A DNA stretch of 64,000 nucleotides from Candidatus Rokuibacteriota bacterium (GCA_003220265.1 QHRW01000115.1:1391-65390); one strand, 5' to 3'; shown: positions 27,443-35,690, numbered from the stretch's first letter. The notes: generated by a model from the letters alone, not told the origin. Numbers and translations are program-made.

Positions 27443-28561
27443 TCACGGCCGTGAGCGCTTCACGCGGCGGCCGCCGGCTTCGCCCTCGAGCTCCACGCGT
27501 CGGAGGCCCGGCCGCGCGAAGGCGTCGAGGAAGGTGTCGACGTCCGGCTCGGCGGCGAATGTCAACCCTTCGAACTTGAGGCGCGCGCGGCCGGCGGAGT
27601 TGCGCTCGAGCTTGGCCTGGAATCGTCGCCCGTCCAGCGTGCCGTCGAGCTTCAGCTCCGACTCGCCGGGGCCGGTCATCGACTCGCGGAACAGGCGCTG
27701 AAGCGTCACGAGATCCGGATTGGTCAGCGCGAGCTCGCTGAAGCGGGCCTCGAACCGTCCGGCGGCGAGGCCGGGCGTCTCGCGGGTGCCGAGCATCACC
27801 GCTTCGATGTCGCCGAGGCTCTTCCCGGTCACCTTGACCTCGACCTTGCCCGGCTCGCGTGGCTCCGGTGCGGCCCGGCCCAGGAAACGCGCGGTGAGCT
27901 CGTCCGCGCAAACCTCCAGCGCGCGCGTGATGACGTCGCGTAGCCGCCCGTTGTTGTTGGCGCCGAGCTCGGCCAGCGTATGCAGCGGCGAGGTGGCGTG
28001 TTCCCGCCGTGTCTCGCACTCGCCGTGCCACAGTCGCTCACTGTCCTTGACCAGCGTCGCGGTCACGGCCACCACGGGTAAGAAGGCGTCGGAATCGCTC
28101 TTGTCCGCGCGCAGACCCCACTTGTCCAGCCTCAGCGTCAGAACGCGCCCCGGCGCCTCCTTGACCGGGGCACCGTCGATCCACCGCGCTCCCGCCAGCG
28201 TCGCTTCGGCTTCGAGGTTCCGGATGATTCTGGGCCGCAGCCACGCCAATGCGTCTTGGGGCGCAAGCGTCAACGCCCGATCGTTGTCCTTGTCCGTCGC
28301 CTTCGTGATGGCATAGACGACGCCCCACACGATGAGCCCGCCGATCACGCCGCCCACTGCGCCAGCTGCCGCGCCCGCGCCTCCTGCGACGGGGTCCGGT
28401 TTGGTGACCTTGAACTCCGGCGTTCCCTCACTGATCACGTAGACCAGGCCGTCGGTCCTGTCAGGGGCAATGCCGGCCTTGCCGGTCGTGGACGCGCACC
28501 CGGCGGTGAACAGGCACAGAAGAAGGGCCGCACTTGCGCGGCGTGGGCGATGCTGGAGCAT
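27443..28561 (-). CDS. Hypothetical lipoprotein
   Basis: MLQHRPRRASAALLLCLFTAGCAS lipobox. No family recognised. Confidence 0.6.
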   Translation of the reverse strand: MLQHRPRRASAALLLCLFTAGCASTTGKAGIAPDRTDGLVYVISEGTPEFKVTKPDPVAGGAGAAAGAVGGVIGGLIVWGVVYAITKATDKDNDRALTLAPQDALAWLRPRIIRNLEAEATLAGARWIDGAPVKEAPGRVLTLRLDKWGLRADKSDSDAFLPVVAVTATLVKDSERLWHGECETRREHATSPLHTLAELGANNNGRLRDVITRALEVCADELTARFLGRAAPEPREPGKVEVKVTGKSLGDIEAVMLGTRETPGLAAGRFEARFSELALTNPDLVTLQRLFRESMTGPGESELKLDGTLDGRRFQAKLERNSAGRARLKFEGLTFAAEPDVDTFLDAFARPGLRRVELEGEAGGRRVKRSRP

Positions 28562-28741
28562 GGCTGACTCCTTGCGGGCGTGTGGGTCGGGCGGCGAGTG
28601 ATCACCCTACAATCGGAATGCCATGGCTCCAAGGCGCGGCGAGGGCATGATCAGGCACTATGGGTGGGGCCCGCCCGCGGACCACGCAACGGGTTGTGAT
28701 GGGACTGTGAAACGCTCTTGCGCCGCTGCGAAGCAGCTGCG

Positions 28742-29494
28742 CTAGAGCGCGAGAAGCTCGTGCCGCAGCGCCTGGTCGTCGCGCAGGCGGGCGGCGGGGC
28801 CGCTGAAGCGAATCGAGCCCTTCTCCAGCACGTAGACGCGGTCGGCCAGGGCCAGCGAGAACTCGGTGTTCTGCTCGGCGAGCAGAATGGTCAGTCCCTC
28901 GTGCTTGAGCCGCGCGATCTGCTCGCGCAGGTGATCGACGACGAGCGGCGCCAGGCCTTCGGAGGGCTCGTCGAGGAGCAGCAGCTCGGGGTTGCCCATG
29001 AGCGTCCGCGCGATGGTCAGCATCTGCTGCTCGCCACCCGAGAGATAGCCGCCGTTGCGCCCGGTCAGCTCGCGCAGCTTGGGGAAGAGATCGAAGACTC
29101 GCTCCACGGTCCATTGGAGCGGGTGCCGGGAGTCCGGATCGCTCCGAGGGTGGCCTGGTCTAGATGCGGCGTGGCTCCGTTTACTGGCGACGTCCAGGTT
29201 CTCCCAGACCGTGAGGTCGGCGAAGATGCGCCGGTCTTCGGGGACGAAGCCGATGCCGGCCTGGGCGACTCGGTACGGCGGCCAGCCGGTGATGTCGACG
29301 GACTTCCACGTGATGCGGCCCGCCTGCGGCGGCGTGAGGCCCATGATCGAGCGCATCGTCGTCGACTTGCCCACACCGTTGCGGCCGAGCAGGCACACGC
29401 ACTCGCCGGCCGCCACCTCCAGCGACACGCCGAACAGCACGCGTGAGAGCCCGTAGGCCGTGTGCACGTCGTGCGCCTCCAGGACGACACTCAT
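28742..29494 (-). CDS. livF: Branched-chain amino acid ABC transporter ATP-binding protein LivF
   Basis: MSVVLEAHDVHTAYG...GRNGVGKSTT (Walker A), LSGGEQQML, LLLLDEPSEGL. The real start is ATG 29494; the 373-aa ORF extension reads through the repeats. Confidence 0.9.
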   Translation of the reverse strand: MSVVLEAHDVHTAYGLSRVLFGVSLEVAAGECVCLLGRNGVGKSTTMRSIMGLTPPQAGRITWKSVDITGWPPYRVAQAGIGFVPEDRRIFADLTVWENLDVASKRSHAASRPGHPRSDPDSRHPLQWTVERVFDLFPKLRELTGRNGGYLSGGEQQMLTIARTLMGNPELLLLDEPSEGLAPLVVDHLREQIARLKHEGLTILLAEQNTEFSLALADRVYVLEKGSIRFSGPAARLRDDQALRHELLAL

Positions 29495-29948
29495 CTCTCG
29501 ACGTGGGGGGCCCCGACATGGCCCCCCACACCCCCCAACGCTCGGAGTGCCCCGGGGAACCCGTGGCACTCCTCGATTTCCCGCGTGCTCATCTCTCGAC
29601 GTGGGGGGGCCCCGACATGGCCCCCCACACCCCCCAACGCTCGGAGTGCCCCGGGGAGCCCGTGGCACTCCTCGAGTTCCCGCGTGCTCATCCTCTCGAC
29701 GTGGGGGGCCCCGACATGGCCCCCCACACCCCCCAACGCTCGGAGTGCCCCGGGGAACCCGTCGCACTCCTCGAGTTCCCGCGTGCTCATCTCTCGACGG
29801 GGGGCCCCGACATGGCCCCCCACCCCCGCCAACGCTCGGAGTGCCCCGGGGAACCCGTGGCACTCCTCAAGTTCCCGCGTGCTCATCTCTCGACGGGGGG
29901 CCCCGACATGGCCCAACCCGTCGTACTCCTCGATTCCCCGCGTGCTCA
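29491..29948. repeat. Tandem array 1 of the two-hairpin GC-rich repeat family (5 units: 98, 99, 99, 96, 63 nt)
   Basis: On the plus strand, units start at 29491, 29589, 29688, 29787 and 29883, each beginning TCATC(C)TCTCGACG. Hairpin 1 is at 29503-29529 and hairpin 2 at 29544-29572. Confidence 0.9.
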
Positions 29949-30683
29949 TCGGCGCTCGCCCAGGTAGACGCGGCGGACCTCGGCGTCGGCGCGGACGTCG
30001 GCGGGCGCGCCCTCGGCGATCACGCGGCCCTGGTGGAGCACGGTGATCTTCTGCGCGATCGAGAAGACGACCTCCATGTCGTGCTCGGTGAACAGGAGCG
30101 TGAGGCCCCGCTCGCGCGCGATGCGCTCGACGAGACGGATCGTCTCGCGCGTCTCGGAGACGGACATGCCCGCCGTCGGCTCGTCGAGCAGGAGCAGCGA
30201 CGGCTCGCTGGCCAGCGCGATGCCGAGCTCGAGCTGCTTCTGGGCGCCGTGGGAGAGGAAGCCGCTCACCTCGCCGGCGCGCTCGCGCAGGCCCAGCGAC
30301 GCCAGCAGCGCCTCGGTCTCGCCCCGGTAGAGCTCGTCCACGCGGCTCCAGAGATCGAGCCCGCGCCCCCGGTGCGACAGGAACGCGGCCTGCACGTTCT
30401 GGTAGACCGTCAGCCGGGGAAAGATGTTCGTGCGCTGGAAGGAGCGCCCCATGCCGAGGCGGCAGACGTCGTGCGGGGGCAGCCCGGTGATGTCGCGGCC
30501 CTCGAGCACGACGGCGCCCGCCTCCGGCCGGAGGTGGCCGGTGATCAGGTTGAACAGCGTCGTCTTGCCGGCGCCGTTCGGGCCGATGATCGCCGCGATC
30601 TGCCCGCGGGCCACGCTGACGCTGGCGTCGTTGACGGCCACGAAGCCGTCGAACGACTTGCGCACGCCACGCACCTCGAGCAT
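29946..30683 (-). CDS. livG: Branched-chain amino acid ABC transporter ATP-binding protein LivG
   Basis: MLEVRGVRKSFDGFVAVNDASV...GPNGAGKTTLFN, LSHGAQKQLE, LLLLDEPTAGM. Internal start of ORF 29946..31283. Confidence 0.9.
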   Translation of the reverse strand: MLEVRGVRKSFDGFVAVNDASVSVARGQIAAIIGPNGAGKTTLFNLITGHLRPEAGAVVLEGRDITGLPPHDVCRLGMGRSFQRTNIFPRLTVYQNVQAAFLSHRGRGLDLWSRVDELYRGETEALLASLGLRERAGEVSGFLSHGAQKQLELGIALASEPSLLLLDEPTAGMSVSETRETIRLVERIARERGLTLLFTEHDMEVVFSIAQKITVLHQGRVIAEGAPADVRADAEVRRVYLGERR

Positions 30684-31636
30684 CAGGCGGGCCGCCGCAG
30701 CCAGCGCAGCGCGGTGCCGGCGGCGCCGGCGAGACCGCCGGGGAAGACGAACAGCAGCACGATCAAAATGGTGCCGAGCACGAACGGCCAGTACTCCGTG
30801 TACGAGACGATCTGCTGGTTGAGCAGGATCAGCGCGAGGGCGCCCAGCGCGGGGCCGTAGAACGTCCCCATGCCGCCCAGCAGCGTCATGATGAGCACCT
30901 CGGACGACTTCGTCCAGTAGGCGAAATCGGGAAAGACGCCGCGGTTGAAGATGCCGAAGAGACCGCCGGCGAGCCCCGCGAAGGCGCCGGCCAGCACGAA
31001 GGCGGCCAGCTCGTAGCGCCGCACGTTGACGCCGATGAACTCTGCGCGCTCGGCGTTCTCGCGGATCGTGGTCAGCATCCGCCCGAACGGCGAGCCGACC
31101 ACGCGCCGCAGCACCCACAGGCAGAGCGCCACCAGCACGACGGTGACCAGGTAGAAGTGGTCGCTCGTCCGGAGCCCACCCACCAGCGGCAGCCGGCCCA
31201 TCCAGTCCAGGCTCGGATAGGGGATCTCCGGCATGCCCTGCTCGCCGCCGGTCACCTCGTTCCACTTGAAGCAGATGGCCCACACGATCTGCGCGAAGGC
31301 CAGCGTGAGCATGGCGAAGTAGATGCGCGTGAGGCGCACGCAGAAGAAGCCGAAGAGCAGCGCGAACCCGCCGGCCAGCACGCCGGCGGCGGGGAAGGCG
31401 ATCAGGAACGGCAGCGAGAGCTTCTTCATGAGCAGGCCGGTCGTGTAGGCCCCGATGCCGAAGTAGGCGGCGTGGCCGAACGAGACGAGCCCGGTGTAGC
31501 CGACGAGCAGGTTGAGGCTGGTGGCGAAGAGCGCCCAGATCAGCACGTCGTTGGCCAGGAACGTGTAGAAGCGCGAGCCCAGCGCCGGCACCAGCAGCGC
31601 CGCCGCCAGCAGCGCGAGCTCCCAGGGCGCGCGCAT
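30683..31636 (-). CDS. livM: Branched-chain amino acid ABC transporter permease LivM
   Basis: MRAPWELALLAAALLVPAL...LLVGYTGLVSFGHAAYFGIGAY. Internal start of ORF 30683..32356. Confidence 0.85.
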   Translation of the reverse strand: MRAPWELALLAAALLVPALGSRFYTFLANDVLIWALFATSLNLLVGYTGLVSFGHAAYFGIGAYTTGLLMKKLSLPFLIAFPAAGVLAGGFALLFGFFCVRLTRIYFAMLTLAFAQIVWAICFKWNEVTGGEQGMPEIPYPSLDWMGRLPLVGGLRTSDHFYLVTVVLVALCLWVLRRVVGSPFGRMLTTIRENAERAEFIGVNVRRYELAAFVLAGAFAGLAGGLFGIFNRGVFPDFAYWTKSSEVLIMTLLGGMGTFYGPALGALALILLNQQIVSYTEYWPFVLGTILIVLLFVFPGGLAGAAGTALRWLRRPA

Positions 31637-31641
31637 CGACC

Positions 31642-32529
31642 TCACTTGAGCGGGCGCCCCAGCAGGCCCCACGGCCGCAGGATCAGCACCGCCGCCATGA
31701 GCGCGAAGACCGCGAAGATCGAGAAGCGCGGGAAGAACAGGATGCCGAACGACAGCACCTGACCGTAGATGAGCGCGCCGAAGAAGGTGCCCCAGAAGGA
31801 GCCGAGGCCGCCGATGACGACCACCACGAACGCCTCCACGATGATCTCGGTGTCCATGCCCGGCGTGGTGGCGCGCATGGGGCTGATGAGCGCGCCGCCC
31901 AGCCCGCCCAGGAAGGAGGCCAGCACGAACACCCACGTGTAGAGCGCGTCCACGTTGACGCCGAGGGCGCCGAGCGTCTCGCGGTCGAGCGCGGCCGCGC
32001 GGATGAAGCGCCCGGCGCGCGTGCGCTGCAGCGTGAGCCAGAAGCCCAGCGCGATGACGGGGCCGAGCAGGATGATGAACAGGTTGTAGTAGGGGATCGT
32101 GGCGCCGAACAGCGAGAGCGCCTTGCCGCCCAGCTCGGGCGGCGCGCTCACCGACTTCTGCTGCGTGCCCCACAGCATCTTGGCCGCGTCGCCCAGCACG
32201 AGCACGAGCGCGTAGGTGAACAGGAGCTGGTAGAGCTCCTCGGCGCCGTACAGATGGCGGAACAGGAAGCGCTCGACGAGGCCGCCCAGCAGCGCGATGG
32301 CGGCGGCGGCGCCGAGCGCGGCCAGCCAGAAGCGGCCGCGCCCGGGGCCGAGCCACTGCATGAACTGGAAGGCCGCGTACGCCCCCAGCATGTAGAAGGT
32401 GCCGTGGGCGAAATTGAGGACGCGCAGCACGCCGAAGATCAGCGACAACCCCGCGGCGATGAGGAACAGGAACATCGCCGCGGTGAGGCCGCTGATCGAC
32501 TGCGCGAAGATGAACGAAAAGTCGGGCAC
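31642..32529 (-). CDS. livH: Branched-chain amino acid ABC transporter permease LivH
   Basis: 295 aa: ...LRVLNFAHGTFYMLGAY... Confidence 0.85.
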   Translation of the reverse strand: MPDFSFIFAQSISGLTAAMFLFLIAAGLSLIFGVLRVLNFAHGTFYMLGAYAAFQFMQWLGPGRGRFWLAALGAAAAIALLGGLVERFLFRHLYGAEELYQLLFTYALVLVLGDAAKMLWGTQQKSVSAPPELGGKALSLFGATIPYYNLFIILLGPVIALGFWLTLQRTRAGRFIRAAALDRETLGALGVNVDALYTWVFVLASFLGGLGGALISPMRATTPGMDTEIIVEAFVVVVIGGLGSFWGTFFGALIYGQVLSFGILFFPRFSIFAVFALMAAVLILRPWGLLGRPLK

Positions 32530-33713
32530 TAATCCATGAACTTCGTCGGGTCCACGTACGTGACGGGCTTCATGATCGCGAATGGGTACTTCGCGTCCTT
32601 CACCGTCTTGCCGTAGAGCTGGCCGCGGTTGGCCTGGTGATCCTTCTCACGGATCGTCAGCGGCCCCACCGGCGTCTCCACGGTGAGGTTCAGGAGGGCC
32701 TTGGCCACCTTGTCCGAGTCGGTGCTGTTGGCCTTCTTGATGGCCTCGGCCAGGAACTGCATGCCGATGTAGCCCTGGATCGCCCACGACGAGGGGTACT
32801 CGTCCTTCAAGTACTTGGACAACCGCGCCACGTAGTCCTTGTGGGCCGCCGTCTCGCCCCAGTAGAAGGCGTCGTAGGAGTTGCCCCAGATCCCGACGGG
32901 ATAGTCGGCGCCCATCGACTTCGTCGTCTCCGGCGTGGCCGCCTCGCCCACGCCGATGAAGTGGTACTTGATCGCGTCGAAGACGCCGAGCGCCTTGGCC
33001 TGCTTGGAGTACGTCACGAAGAACCCGCCCCAGATCGAGGAGAAGATGGCTTCCGGCTTCTTGGCCATCTGGGCGTTGATGAACGGGTTGTAGTCCTGCT
33101 CGCCGAGCTTGGGCCACTGCTGGTCCACGATCTCCACGCCCGGCTTCACCTTCTTCAGGTGCTCGACGAACGCCTTGGTGACGTCCTGGCCGTAGGCGTA
33201 GTCGAAGCTCATGGTGGCCACGCGCGTCACCGGCCACTTGGCCACGATCTCGGCGGCGCTGCGCCCCTCGATCGTCGTGTTGGAGGCCACGCGGAAGATG
33301 TACGGATGCAGCTTGTCGGGCGCCGTGAGCTGATCGGTCTTCGGGATCGGCGCGATGAAGACGATCTTGTTCTCCTTGGCGACGACGGAGACGGCGGGGC
33401 CCTCGGCGGAGGTGAGCGTGCCGACGAGGAACTCGACGTTGTCCTTCAGGATGAGCTCGCGCGCCTGCCGCACGGCCTCGTTGGCGTCCGCCTTGGAGTC
33501 GCGCACCAGCAGCTCGAGCTTGCGGCCGAGGACGCCGCCCTTGGCGTTGATCTCCTCCACGTACATCTGGGCGCCCTTGGACGCCGGGTCGCCGAACAGC
33601 GCGGGCGGGCCGGACAGCGGCATCGGCATGCCGACCTTGATCGGCTTCTGGGCCTCGGCCGCCAGCGGCAGCAGCAGCACGAGGGCGAGGATCAGGAGCG
33701 TGCGACGGTGCAT
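32529..33713 (-). CDS. Branched-chain amino acid ABC transporter substrate-binding protein (LivK/LivJ-like)
   Basis: MHRRTLLILALVLLLPLAAEA signal peptide, then IKVGMPMPLSGPPALFGDPASKGAQMYVEEINAKGGVLGRKLELLVRD. GGAGGAG lies upstream. Confidence 0.85.
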   Translation of the reverse strand: MHRRTLLILALVLLLPLAAEAQKPIKVGMPMPLSGPPALFGDPASKGAQMYVEEINAKGGVLGRKLELLVRDSKADANEAVRQARELILKDNVEFLVGTLTSAEGPAVSVVAKENKIVFIAPIPKTDQLTAPDKLHPYIFRVASNTTIEGRSAAEIVAKWPVTRVATMSFDYAYGQDVTKAFVEHLKKVKPGVEIVDQQWPKLGEQDYNPFINAQMAKKPEAIFSSIWGGFFVTYSKQAKALGVFDAIKYHFIGVGEAATPETTKSMGADYPVGIWGNSYDAFYWGETAAHKDYVARLSKYLKDEYPSSWAIQGYIGMQFLAEAIKKANSTDSDKVAKALLNLTVETPVGPLTIREKDHQANRGQLYGKTVKDAKYPFAIMKPVTYVDPTKFMD

Positions 33714-33739
33714 GGAAATCTCCTCCTTGTCGGTGGGCC

Positions 33740-34582
33740 TCAGAACACCGGCAGCCCGGCCACGGGCCGGCGCAGCCGGTAGAGCGACGTCGAGGCGGTG
33801 ACGAACAGCGAGCGGAAATCGTCGTCGCCCCACGCGAAGTTGGCGGTGTACTCGGGCGTCTCGATGATCTCGAGCAGCCTCGCGTCGGGATCGAAGACGT
33901 GGATCCCGCCGGGACCGCAGCAGTAGACGTTGCCCGCCGAGTCGAGCTTCATGCCGTCGGGGGCGCCGGGCTTGTCCCCCTTCGTCTCCGCCCACACGCG
34001 GCCGCCGGCGAGGCCGCCGTCAGCCGTGACGTCGAACACGCGGATGTGCTTGCGCGCGGTGTCGTTGACAAAGAGCCGGCGCTCGTCGAGCGAGAAGCAG
34101 AGGCCGTTGGGACGCTCGAAATCGTCGACGAGCAAGCGAGGCGACTTCGGATCGGGCCCGACGCGAAACACGCCCTGAAAGCTCAGCTCCTGGGGCCGCT
34201 CGACGCCGTAGAACTTCGCGCGGCCGTACGGGGGATCGGAGAAATAGACGCCGCCGTCCGACTTGCAGACGATGTCGTTGGGGCTGTTGAGCTGCTTGCC
34301 GGCATGGTGCGTGGCGATCGGGACGATGCGGCCGTCGGTCTCGGTGCGCGTGACCTGGCTGGAGGCGTGCTCGCAGGCGAGCAGCCGGCCCTGGCGATCG
34401 TAGGTGAGGCCGTTGGACATGTTGCACGGCTTGCGGAACGTCGTCACGCCGTCGCGCGCCGACCACCGGCGCAGGTGATCGCCCGGCATGTCGCTCCAGA
34501 GCAGGAACTTGCCCGTCGGATGCCACAGCGGCCCCTCGGTGAAGAGGAAGCCGGTGCCGAGCTTCTCGAACGTCGCGCTCAC
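33740..34582 (-). CDS. SMP-30/gluconolactonase/LRE family protein
   Basis: The GTG start sits in a GTGA overlap with the upstream stop. Sequence: SATFEKLGTGFLFTEGPLWHP...NSPNDIVCKSDGGVYFSDP...PDGMKLDSAGNVY. Confidence 0.8.
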   Translation of the reverse strand: MSATFEKLGTGFLFTEGPLWHPTGKFLLWSDMPGDHLRRWSARDGVTTFRKPCNMSNGLTYDRQGRLLACEHASSQVTRTETDGRIVPIATHHAGKQLNSPNDIVCKSDGGVYFSDPPYGRAKFYGVERPQELSFQGVFRVGPDPKSPRLLVDDFERPNGLCFSLDERRLFVNDTARKHIRVFDVTADGGLAGGRVWAETKGDKPGAPDGMKLDSAGNVYCCGPGGIHVFDPDARLLEIIETPEYTANFAWGDDDFRSLFVTASTSLYRLRRPVAGLPVF

Positions 34583-34761
34583 TTCTTGCCGGGGTTGGCG
34601 CCCACGTACCAGTCCGGCGGCGTCACCTCGTTGAAGACCACCCAGATGGCCTCGCGCGGCACCTTGCACACGTCGGAGATCGCCTCGGTCACCCGCTTGG
34701 CCACCTCGTCCTTGCGCTGCTTGTCGTGGCCCTCGTAGATCGTGATGTTCACGAATGGCAT
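34579..34761 (-). CDS. 4-oxalocrotonate tautomerase family protein
   Basis: MPFVNITIYEGHDKQRKDEVAKRVTEAISDV (Pro-1 after Met). GGAGGAGG lies upstream. Confidence 0.8.
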   Translation of the reverse strand: MPFVNITIYEGHDKQRKDEVAKRVTEAISDVCKVPREAIWVVFNEVTPPDWYVGANPGKK

Positions 34762-34829
34762 GGATGCCTCCTCCGTCCTGCGGCCGGTCCCGTGGTCGCG
34801 GATTGTAACAGAAGGCCTCCGCGGCCGGC

Positions 34830-35690
34830 TCAGGCGAGCCCCATCTGGCGCTGGATGGCCCGCGCCAGCGGGCTGAACGGATTTTCGAGCTCGCTGACGA
34901 TCGAGAAGTGATCGTGGCCGGCCATGTCCATGACGTCGCCGGGCGTCACGCGCCAGGCCGTCGCCAGCTCGGCGGTCTGGCGATGGTACTCGGGGCCCTC
35001 CTCGCCGCCCACGGCCAGGACGAGCGCGCCCGCGCGCGGCGCCGGCAGCGTCACCGGGCTGTTGCGCCGGGCGCTCTCCGGGGTCAGCGCCAGCACGTCG
35101 TTGAGATAGCAGAGGCGGATCGGCTCCAGGTCGTAGAGCCCGCTGATGGCGACCCCGCCCTTCACGACGTCGGCGGGCCGGCCGAGCGTGGTCCAGTCGG
35201 TGGCCAGCAGCATCGCGGTCAGGTGCCCGCCGGCCGAGTGGCCGGAGACGAAGATGCGCGCCGGGTCGCCCCCGATCTCGGCCGCGTGCGCGTGCACCCA
35301 GGCGACGGCCGTGCGGCACTGGCGCACCAGCGTGTCCATGTCGATGGCGGGGATGAGGCCGTAGTTCACGACGACGGTGACGGCGCCCGCGGGCCGCAGC
35401 CCGCGCACGACGAAGCTGAAGTCGGCCTTGTCGAGCCGGTGCCAGTAGCCGCCGTGCACGAAGACGTGGATCGGCGCCGGCGCCGCGCCCGCCGCCGGGA
35501 AGACGTCGAGCCGCTCGGCGTGATGGGCGCCGTAGGGGACGTCGAAGCGCATCGGCAGCTCGGCCCGCGCGCGGGCGCTCTCGGCGCCGTAGCGCGCGAT
35601 CCAGTCCATCGCGTCCTTGACCTTCACGCGGTTGTTGTACTCGGCGTCGAGGGCCGCCCGATCGTACGTGCGAAAGACCGGTGTCGCCAT
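34830..35690 (-). CDS. Alpha/beta hydrolase (arylformamidase/esterase-like)
   Basis: MATPVFRTYDRAALDAEYNN..., HVFVHGGYW, VSGHSAGGHL (GxSxG). Confidence 0.75.
   Translation of the reverse strand: MATPVFRTYDRAALDAEYNNRVKVKDAMDWIARYGAESARARAELPMRFDVPYGAHHAERLDVFPAAGAAPAPIHVFVHGGYWHRLDKADFSFVVRGLRPAGAVTVVVNYGLIPAIDMDTLVRQCRTAVAWVHAHAAEIGGDPARIFVSGHSAGGHLTAMLLATDWTTLGRPADVVKGGVAISGLYDLEPIRLCYLNDVLALTPESARRNSPVTLPAPRAGALVLAVGGEEGPEYHRQTAELATAWRVTPGDVMDMAGHDHFSIVSELENPFSPLARAIQRQMGLA

Noticed and set aside
29491-29948. The tandem arrays (also 39816-40110 and 62493-62825) could be mistaken for CRISPR arrays.
   Set aside because: The whole 87-107-nt unit is conserved, including the parts that would have to be spacers. 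There are no unique spacers, no leader and no cas genes in the window. The periodicity is far larger than a CRISPR repeat plus spacer built around a 29-nt repeat.
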